Shown piece after piece: positions 53,844 through 64,000 of a DNA stretch of 64,000 nt (position 1 is the first letter of the stretch; each line of letters starts with the position of its first letter). The position numbers and the translations under genes were made by a program. This DNA is from Octopus vulgaris. Lineage: Eukaryota. Location: assembly GCA_951406725.2 (NCBI GenBank), contig OX597814.1, positions 111,600,001 through 111,664,000 of the forward strand. The letters run 5' to 3'. The notes under the pieces are model-generated. The model saw only the letters and a list, made by a program, of their open reading frames with translations, was not told the origin of the DNA and searched no databases.

Positions 53844-53968
53844 GTATTTGCAGCTGATGCGTCGAATGCAGCAAAGATATCGAATGGAACCTGCTGGAAG
53901 CCATGGTGTTTGGAGCCTAGACGATTACCAATTCATTCCTTTCATCTGGGGAAGCAGCCAGCTTATTG
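53844..53968 (+). CDS. PTPA: PTPA exon 7 (gene continues past the window)
   Basis: tgcag|G...ATTG|gtcagt, 125 nt; [41 protein letters not shown] contains the conserved [13 protein letters not shown] motif. The C-terminal exons are not in the window. Confidence 0.97.
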
Positions 53969-54480
53969 GTCAGTGTCCTATTATCAGTTATCTCCCTTAT
54001 CTTCTCAATTCAAAATCTCACTGGAATAGGGCAGGAGGTGGTGGTGGTAACGCAACGTTTTGTTTCATCTTCCGAGTGATGTAAATTAGAGACCTACCAT
54101 TTATGTATCGTTTACTTTCAAAGTTTTTTTTTTGTTTTTTGATTTTGCAAATAACGTACCAGTCAAGTTCTTGGGATTGGGGGGGTTTGTTGCTTTAGTC
54201 AAATGGTACTGTTTAAGAATTTGTAGTCACATACCTATGTTGGAATTTAAGTTGGAATTGAAGAAGGAAGTGAAGATGAAAAATAGGGTAATGTCCGAAA
54301 AGACTTTTGTTGGAAGATGGGGTGGGGCGGTGGCGAGTAATGAGCCTGGCTTGAAATGACTTGTAGCATGCACATGTAGGCTGTGTGTATGTGCAGATAT
54401 GGATATAAGGCTAAAACAATGCGAACGCATTGTGACCAGCGATGTGTAACAACATCTGATGGTCTGGTCGTTCACGTGAT

Positions 54481-54510
<30 letters not shown>

Positions 54511-54512
<2 letters not shown>

Positions 54513-57500
54513 CTTAATATTTCCATTCGTTGTTACTACGTTTATTCATACATTGTTACGAAAATTTAACCTTTTAAGGCTACTTTCAAGCCTTCGCCAT
54601 AACTTGATTTATCTTTCTATCTCTCTCTCTACAAAATTTAACCTTAGGCGAGGCTACCTCAAGCCGTAATCCCATCTCTTCCCATCTCTTCCCATCTTTC
54701 AGCCATCTTTCAGCCATTGGCGGTCTTTTTTCCTCCTCTTACCATTACGATTCTACAATTTAAATTCCCAATTCAACTAACTTACTTCTTAAATTTCAAC
54801 TCCCGATCGATGTCCGCAGCAAGTTCTTTAAAAATTTATCTTAATATTTCCATTCGTTGTTACTACGTTTATTCATACATTGTTACGAAAATTTAACCTT
54901 TTAAGGCTACTTTCAAGCCTTCGCCATAACTTGATTTATCTTTCTATCTCTCTCTCTACAAAATTTAACCTTAGGCGAGGCTACCTCAAGCCGTAATCCC
55001 ATCTCTTCCCATCTCTTCCCATCTTTCAGCCATCTTTCAGCCATCTTTCAGCCATTGGCGGTCTTTTTTCCTCCTCTTACCATTACGATTCTACAATTTA
55101 AATTCCCAATTCAACTAACTTACTTCTTAAATTTCAACTCCCGATCGATGTCCGCAGCAAGTTCTTTAAAAATTTATCTTAATATTTCCATTCGTTGTTA
55201 CTACGTTTATTCATACATTGTTACGAAAATTTAACCTTTTAAGGCTACTTTCAAGCCTTCGCCATAACTTGATTTATCTTTCTATCTCTCTCTCTACAAA
55301 ATTTAACCTTAGGCGAGGCTACCTCAAGCCGTAATCCCATCTCTTCCCATCTCTTCCCATCTTTCAGCCATCTTTCAGCCATCTTTCAGCCATTGGCGGT
55401 CTTTTTTCCTCCTCTTACCATTACGATTCTACAATTTAAATTCCCAATTCAACTAACTTACTTCTTAAATTTCAACTCCCGATCGATGTCCGCAGCAAGT
55501 TCTTTAAAAATTTATCTTAATATTTCCATTCGTTGTTACTACGTTTATTCATACATTGTTACGAAAATTTAACCTTTTAAGGCTACTTTCAAGCCTTTGC
55601 CATAACTTGATTTATCTTTCTATCTCTCTCTCTACAAAATTTAACCTTAGGCGAGGCTACCTCAAGCCGTAATCCCATCTCTTCCCATCTCTTCCCATCT
55701 TTCAGCCATCTTTCAGCCATTGGCGGTCTTTTTTCCTCCTCTTACCATTACGATTCTACAATTTAAATTCCCAATTCAACTAACTTACTTCTTAAATTTC
55801 AACTCCCGATCGATGTCCGCAGCAAGTTCTTTAAAAATTTATCTTAATATTTCCATTCGTTGTTACTACGTTTATTCATACATTGTTACGAAAATTTAAC
55901 CTTTTAAGGCTACTTTCAAGCCTTCGCCATAACTTGATTTATCTTTCTATCTCTCTCTCTACAAAATTTAACCTTAGGCGAGGCTACCTCAAGCCGTAAT
56001 CCCATCTCTTCCCATCTCTTCCCATCTTTCAGCCATCTTTCAGCCATCTTTCAGCCATTGGCGGTCTTTTTTCCTCCTCTTACCATTACGATTCTACAAT
56101 TTAAATTCCCAATTCAACTAACTTACTTCTTAAATTTCAACTCCCGATCGATGTCCGCAGCAAGTTCTTTAAAAATTTATCTTAATATTTCCATTCGTTG
56201 TTACTACGTTTATTCATACATTGTTACGAAAATTTAACCTTTTAAGGCTACTTTCAAGCCTTCGCCATAACTTGATTTATCTTTCTATCTCTCTCTCTAC
56301 AAAATTTAACCTTAGGCGAGGCTACCTCAAGCCGTAATCCCATCTCTTCCCATCTCTTCCCATCTTTCAGCCATCTTTCAGCCATCTTTCAGCCATTGGC
56401 GGTCTTTTTTCCTCCTCTTACCATTACGATTCTACAATTTAAATTCCCAATTCAACTAACTTACTTCTTAAATTTCAACTCCCGATCGATGTCCGCAGCA
56501 AGTTCTTTAAAAATTTATCTTAATATTTCCATTCGTTGTTACTACGTTTATTCATACATTGTTACGAAAATTTAACCTTTTAAGGCTACTTTCAAGCCTT
56601 CGCCATAACTTGATTTATCTTTCTATCTCTCTCTCTACAAAATTTAACCTTAGGCGAGGCTACCTCAAGCCGTAATCCCATCTCTTCCCATCTCTTCCCA
56701 TCTTTCAGCCATCTTTCAGCCATCTTTCAGCCATTGGCGGTCTTTTTTCCTCCTCTTACCATTACGATTCTACAATTTAAATTCCCAATTCAACTAACTT
56801 ACTTCTTAAATTTCAACTCCCGATCGATGTCCGCAGCAAGTTCTTTAAAAATTTATCTTAATATTTCCATTCGTTGTTACTACGTTTATTCATACATTGT
56901 TACGAAAATTTAACCTTTTAAGGCTACTTTCAAGCCTTCGCCATAACTTGATTTATCTTTCTATCTCTCTCTCTACAAAATTTAACCTTAGGCGAGGCTA
57001 CCTCAAGCCGTAATCCCATCTCTTCCCATCTCTTTCAGCCATCTTTCAGCCATCTTTCAGCCATTGGCGGTCTTTTTTCCTCCTCTTACCATTACGATTC
57101 TACAATTTAAATTCCCAATTCAACTAACTTACTTCTTAAATTTCAACTCCCGATCGATGTCCGCAGCAAGTTCTTTAAAAATTTATCTTAATATTTCCAT
57201 TCGTTGTTACTACGTTTATTCATACATTGTTACGAAAATTTAACCTTTTAAGGCTACTTTCAAGCCTTCGCCATAACTTGATTTATCTTTCTATCTCTCT
57301 CTCTACAAAATTTAACCTTAGGCGAGGCTACCTCAAGCCGTAATCCCATCTCTTCCCATCTCTTCCCATCTTTCAGCCATCTTTCAGCCATCTTTCAGCC
57401 ATTGGCGGTCTTTTTCCTCCTCTTACCATTACGATTCTACAATTTAAATTCCCAATTCAACTAACTTACTTCTTAAATTTCAACTCCCGATCGATGTCCG

Positions 57501-60500
57501 CAGCAAGTTCTTTAAAAATTTATCTTAATATTTCCATTCGTTGTTACTACGTTTATTCATACATTGTTACGAAAATTTAACCTTTTAAGGCTACTTTCAA
57601 GCCTTTCGCCATAACTTGATTTATCTTTCTATCTCTCTCTCTACAAAATTTAACCTTAGGCGAGGCTACCTCAAGCCGTAATCCCATCTCTTCCCATCTC
57701 TTCCCATCTTTCAGCCATCTTTCAGCCATTGGCGGTCTTTTTTCCTCCTCTTACCATTACGATTCTACAATTTAAATTCCCAATTCAACTAACTTACTTC
57801 TTAAATTTCAACTCCCGATCGATGTCCGCAGCAAGTTCTTTAAAAATTTATCTTAATATTTCCATTCGTTGTTACTACGTTTATTCATACATTGTTACGA
57901 AAATTTAACCTTTTAAGGCTACTTTCAAGCCTTCGCCATAACTTGATTTATCTTTCTATCTCTCTCTCTACAAAATTTAACCTTAGGCGAGGCTACCTCA
58001 AGCCGTAATCCCATCTCTTCCCATCTCTTCCCATCTTTCAGCCATCTTTCAGCCATCTTTCAGCCATTGGCGTCTTTTTTCCTCCTCTTACCATTACGAT
58101 TCTACAATTTAAATTCCCAATTCAACTAACTTACTTCTTAAATTTCAACTCCCGATCGATGTCCGCAGCAAGTTCTTTAAAAATTTATCTTAATATTTCC
58201 ATTCGTTGTTACTACGTTTATTCATACATTGTTACGAAAATTTAACCTTTTAAGGCTACTTTCAAGCCTTCGCCATAACTTGATTTATCTTTCTATCTCT
58301 CTCTCTACAAAATTTAACCTTAGGCGAGGCTACCTCAAGCCGTAATCCCATCTCTTCCCATCTCTTCCCATCTTTCAGCCATCTTTCAGCCATCTTTCAG
58401 CCATTGGCGGTCTTTTTTCCTCCTCTTACCATTACGATTCTACAATTTAAATTCCCAATTCAACTAACTTACTTCTTAAATTTCAACTCCCGATCGATGT
58501 CCGCAGCAAGTTCTTTAAAAATTTATCTTAATATTTCCATTCGTTGTTACTACGTTTATTCATACATTGTTACGAAAATTTAACCTTTTAAGGCTACTTT
58601 CAAGCCTTCGCCATAACTTGATTTATCTTTCTATCTCTCTCTCTACAAAATTTAACCTTAGGCGAGGCTACCTCAAGCCGTAATCCCATCTCTTCCCATC
58701 TCTTCCCATCTTTCAGCCATCTTTCAGCCATCTTTCAGCCATTGGCGGTCTTTTTTCCTCCTCTTACCATTACGATTCTACAATTTAAATTCCCAATTCA
58801 ACTAACTTACTTCTTAAATTTCAACTCCCGATCGATGTCGCAGCAAGTTCTTTAAAAATTTATCTTAATATTTCCATTCGTTGTTACTACGTTTATTCAT
58901 ACATTGTTACGAAAATTTAACCTTTTAAGGCTACTTTCAAGCCTTGCCATAACTTGATTTATCTTTCTATCTCTCTCTCTACAAAATTTAACCTAGCGTA
59001 CCTCCTTCCCATCTCTTCCCATCTTTCCCATCTTTCAGCCATCTTTCAGCCATTGGCGGTCTTTTTCCTCCTCTTACCATTACGATTCTACAATTTAAAT
59101 TCCCAATTCAACTAACTTACTTCTTAAATTTCAACTCCCGATCGATGTCCGCAGCAAGTTCTTTAAAAATTTATCTTAATATTTCCATTCGTTGTTACTA
59201 CGTTTATTCATACATTGTTACGAAAATTTAACCTTTTAAGGCTACTTTCAAGCCTTCGCCATAACTTGATTTATCTTTCTATCTCTCTCTCTACAAAATT
59301 TAACCTTAGGCGAGGCTACCTCAAGCCGTAATCCCATCTCTTCCCATCTCTTCCCATCTTTCAGCCATCTTTCAGCCATCTTTCAGCCATTGGCGGTCTT
59401 TTTTCCTCCTCTTACCATTACGATTCTACAATTTAAATTCCCAATTCAACTAACTTACTTCTTAAATTTCAACTCCCGATCGATGTCCGCAGCAAGTTCT
59501 TTAAAAATTTATCTTAATATTTCCATTCGTTGTTACTACGTTTATTCATACATTGTTACGAAAATTTAACCTTTTAAGGCTACTTTCAAGCCTTCGCCAT
59601 AACTTGATTTATCTTTCTATCTCTCTCTCTACAAAATTTAACCTTAGGCGAGGCTACCTCAAGCCGTAATCCCATCTCTTCCCATCTCTTCCCATCTTTC
59701 AGCCATCTTTCAGCCATCTTTCAGCCATTGGCGGTCTTTTTTCCTCCTCTTACCATTACGATTCTACAATTTAAATTCCCAATTCAACTAACTTACTTCT
59801 TAAATTTCAACTCCCGATCGATGTCCGCAGCAAGTTCTTTAAAAATTTATCTTAATATTTCCATTCGTTGTTACTACGTTTATTCATACATTGTTACGAA
59901 AATTTAACCTTTTAAGGCTACTTTCAAGCCTTCGCCATAACTTGATTTATCTTTCTATCTCTCTCTCTACAAAATTTAACCTTAGGCGAGGCTACCTCAA
60001 GCCGTAATCCCATCTCTTCCCATCTCTTCCCATCTTTCAGCCATCTTTCAGCCATCTTTCAGCCATTGGCGGTCTTTTTTCCTCCTCTTACCATTACGAT
60101 TCTACAATTTAAATTCCCAATTCAACTAACTTACTTCTTAAATTTCAACTCCCGATCGATGTCCGCAGCAAGTTCTTTAAAAATTTATCTTAATATTTCC
60201 ATTCGTTGTTACTACGTTTATTCATACATTGTTACGAAAATTTAACCTTTTAAGGCTACTTTCAAGCCTTCGCCATAACTTGATTTATCTTTCTATCTCT
60301 CTCTCTACAAAATTTAACCTTAGGCGAGGCTACCTCAAGCCGTAATCCCATCTCTTCCCATCTCTTCCCATCTTTCAGCCATCTTTCAGCCATCTTTCAG
60401 CCATTGGCGGTCTTTTTTCCTCCTCTTACCATTACGATTCTACAATTTAAATTCCCAATTCAACTAACTTACTTCTTAAATTTCAACTCCCGATCGATGT

Positions 60501-63500
60501 CCGCAGCAAGTTCTTTAAAAATTTATCTTAATATTTCCATTCGTTGTTACTACGTTTATTCATACATTGTTACGAAAATTTAACCTTTTAAGGCTACTTT
60601 CAAGCCTTCGCCATAACTTGATTTATCTTTCTATCTCTCTCTCTACAAAAATTTAACCTTAGGCGAGGCTACCTCAAGCCGTAATCCCATCTCTTCCCAT
60701 CTCTTCCCATCTTTCAGCCATCTTTCAGCCATCTTTCAGCCATTGGCGGTCTTTTTTCCTCCTCTTACCATTACGATTCTACAATTTAAATTCCCAATTC
60801 AACTAACTTACTTCTTAAATTTCAACTCCCGATCGATGTCCGCAGCAAGTTCTTTAAAAATTTATCTTAATATTTCCATTCGTTGTTACTACGTTTATTC
60901 ATACATTGTTACGAAAATTTAACCTTTTAAGGCTACTTTCAAGCCTTCGCCATAACTTGATTTATCTTTCTATCTCTCTCTCTACAAAATTTAACCTTAG
61001 GCGAGGCTACCTCAAGCCGTAATCCCATCTCTTCCCATCTCTTCCCATCTTTCAGCCATCTTTCAGCCATCTTTCAGCCATTGGCGGTCTTTTTTCCTCC
61101 TCTTACCATTACGATTCTACAATTTAAATTCCCAATTCAACTAACTTACTTCTTAAATTTCAACTCCCGATCGATGTCCGCAGCAAGTTCTTTAAAAATT
61201 TATCTTAATATTTCCATTCGTTGTTACTACGTTTATTCATACATTGTTACGAAAATTTAACCTTTTAAGGCTACTTTCAAGCCTTCGCCATAACTTGATT
61301 TATCTTTCTATCTCTCTCTCTACAAAATTTAACCTTAGGCGAGGCTACCTCAAGCCGTAATCCCATCTCTTCCCATCTCTTCCCATCTTTCAGCCATCTT
61401 TCAGCCATTGGCGGTCTTTTTTCCTCCTCTTACCATTACGATTCTACAATTTAAATTCCCAATTCAACTAACTTACTTCTTAAATTTCAACTCCCGATCG
61501 ATGTCCGCAGCAAGTTCTTTAAAAATTTATCTTAATATTTCCATTCGTTGTTACTACGTTTATTCATACATTGTTACGAAAATTTAACCTTTTAAGGCTA
61601 CTTTCAAGCCTTCGCCATAACTTGATTTATCTTTCTATCTCTCTCTCTACAAAATTTAACCTTAGGCGAGGCTACCTCAAGCCGTAATCCCATCTCTTCC
61701 CATCTCTTCCCATCTTTCAGCCATCTTTCAGCCATTGGCGGTCTTTTTTCCTCCTCTTACCATTACGATTCTACAATTTAAATTCCCAATTCAACTAACT
61801 TACTTCTTAAATTTCAACTCCCGATCGATGTCCGCAGCAAGTTCTTTAAAAATTTATCTTAATATTTCCATTCGTTGTTACTACGTTTATTCATACATTG
61901 TTACGAAAATTTAACCTTTTAAGGCTACTTTCAAGCCTTCGCCATAACTTGATTTATCTTTCTATCTCTCTCTCTACAAAATTTAACCTTAGGCGAGGCT
62001 ACCTCAAGCCGTAATCCCATCTCTTCCCATCTCTTCCCATCTTTCAGCCATCTTTCAGCCATCTTTCAGCCATTGGCGGTCTTTTTCCTCCTCTTACCAT
62101 TACGATTCTACAATTTAAATTCCCAATTCAACTAACTTACTTCTTAAATTTCAACTCCCGATCGATGTCCGCAGCAAGTTCTTTAAAAATTTATCTTAAT
62201 ATTTCCATTCGTTGTTACTACGTTTATTCATACATTGTTACGAAAATTTAACCTTTTAAGGCTACTTTCAAGCCTTCGCCATAACTTGATTTATCTTTCT
62301 ATCTCTCTCTCTACAAAATTTAACCTTAGGCGAGGCTACCTCAAGCCGTAATCCCATCTCTTCCCATCTCTTCCCATCTTTCAGCCATCTTTCAGCCATC
62401 TTTCAGCCATTGGCGGTCTTTTTTCCTCCTCTTACCATTACGATTCTACAATTTAAATTCCCAATTCAACTAACTTACTTCTTAAATTTCAACTCCCGAT
62501 CGATGTCCGCAGCAAGTTCTTTAAAAATTTATCTTAATATTTCCATTCGTTGTTACTACGTTTATTCATACATTGTTACGAAAATTTAACCTTTTAAGGC
62601 TACTTTCAAGCCTTCGCCATAACTTGATTTATCTTTCTATCTCTCTCTCTACAAAATTTAACCTTAGGCGAGGCTACCTCAAGCCGTAATCCCATCTCTT
62701 CCCATCTCTTCCCATCTTTCAGCCATCTTTCAGCCATCTTTCAGCCATTGGCGGTCTTTTCCTCCTCTTACCATTACGATTCTACAATTTAAATTCCCAA
62801 TTCAACTAACTTACTTCTTAAATTTCAACTCCCGATCGATGTCCGCAGCAAGTTCTTTAAAAATTTATCTTAATATTTCCATTCGTTGTTACTACGTTTA
62901 TTCATACATTGTTACGAAAATTTAACCTTTTAAGGCTACTTTCAAGCCTTCGCCATAACTTGATTTATCTTTCTATCTCTCTCTCTACAAAATTTAACCT
63001 TAGGCGAGGCTACCTCAAGCCGTAATCCCATCTCTTCCCATCTCTTCCCTCTTCCCATCTTTCAGCCATCTTTCAGCCATTGGCGGTCTTTTTTCCTCCT
63101 CTTACCATTACGATTCTACAATTTAAATTCCCAATTCAACTAACTTACTTCTTAAATTTCAACTCCCGATCGATGTCCGCAGCAAGTTCTTTAAAAATTT
63201 ATCTTAATATTTCCATTCGTTGTTACTACGTTTATTCATACATTGTTACGAAAATTTAACCTTTTAAGGCTACTTTCAAGCCTTCGCCATAACTTGATTT
63301 ATCTTTCTATCTCTCTCTCTACAAAATTTAACCTTAGGCGAGGCTACCTCAAGCCGTAATCCCATCTCTTCCCATCTCTTCCCATCTTTCAGCCATCTTT
63401 CAGCCATTGGCGGTCTTTTTTCCTCCTCTTACCATTACGATTCTACAATTTAAATTCCCAATTCAACTAACTTACTTCTTAAATTTCAACTCCCGATCGA

Positions 63501-63752
63501 TGTCCGCAGCAAGTTCTTTAAAAATTTATCTTAATATTTCCATTCGTTGTTACTACGTTTATTCATACATTGTTACGAAAATTTAACCTTTTAAGGCTAC
63601 TTTCAAGCCTTCGCCATAACTTGATTTATCTTTCTATCTCTCTCTCTACAAAATTTAACCTTAGGCGAGGCTACCTCAAGCCGTAATCCCATCTCTTCCC
63701 ATCTCTTCCCATCTTTCAGCCATCTTTCAGCCATCTTTCAGCCATTGGCGGT
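54511..63752. repeat. intronic tandem array, 327/338-bp unit, 27 full copies plus 1 partial
   Basis: Unit starts (ATCTTAATATTTCC) at 54511, 54838, 55176, 55514, 55841 ... 63201, 63528. Length variants come from 2 vs 3 copies of CCATCTTTCAG. Copies are nearly identical. Confidence 0.98.
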
Positions 63753-63762
63753 GCGCCCGCCC

Positions 63763-63900
63763 CCCACCCCCACCACCAATACCGATGAACACTGTTCTCA
63801 CCCCCACCACCAATACCGGTGAACACTGTTCTCACCGCCAACACCACCAATACTGGTGAACACTGTTCCTCACCCCCCACCACCAATACCAGTATACCCT
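63763..63900. repeat. C-rich minisatellite, ~34-bp unit
   Basis: 3-4 copies of CACCCCCACCACCAATACCGRTGAACACTGTTCT directly after the array. Confidence 0.85.
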
Positions 63901-64000
63901 GTCCTCACCATCTACACCGGATACGCCTTACTCATCTACACCGGGTAAGCCCTACTCCCTCCTCCTCCCCCCACTACCCCTTCTCCTCATATGCTTTCAC

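Noticed and set aside
58862-59172. Short 311-bp variant unit and scattered 1-nt indels in the array
   Set aside because: Clustered deletions and homopolymer slips look like long-read consensus errors rather than biology.
54511-63752. Satellite as a hammerhead retrozyme array (unit size fits)
   Set aside because: I found no CUGANGA...GAAA core with stems on either strand. The minus-strand CTGAAAGA is just the 11-mer subrepeat.

Overview
Eukaryotic, AT-rich, repeat-dense genomic DNA. The SINE/RTE/microsatellite landscape suggests an octopus or other coleoid cephalopod (inference). The only host gene I can support is PTPA/PPP2R4 (PP2A phosphatase activator) on the + strand. Seven coding exons are read directly from the sequence (36373-53968), all with GT-AG introns and consistent phases, and the gene continues beyond the window. 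The intron after exon 7 holds a ~9.2 kb, nearly homogeneous 327/338-bp tandem array. The rest is mostly mobile DNA: tRNA-derived SINEs, RTE/CR1/R4-Dong/Tx1-like LINE fragments, non-autonomous Helitrons, TTAA (piggyBac-type) MITEs, and fold-back elements with minimal hammerhead ribozyme motifs. Three observations stand out. (1) ORF1-only zinc-knuckle retroelements, a Tx1/L1-like LINE 3' end and a SINE family share the same ~40-nt 3' tail. (2) Three hammerhead-bearing repeat families are present, and one copy looks intact. (3) There is a large, young intronic satellite. Almost all ORFs in the supplied track are repeat or microsatellite artefacts. Repeat boundaries are approximate and were set by eye.
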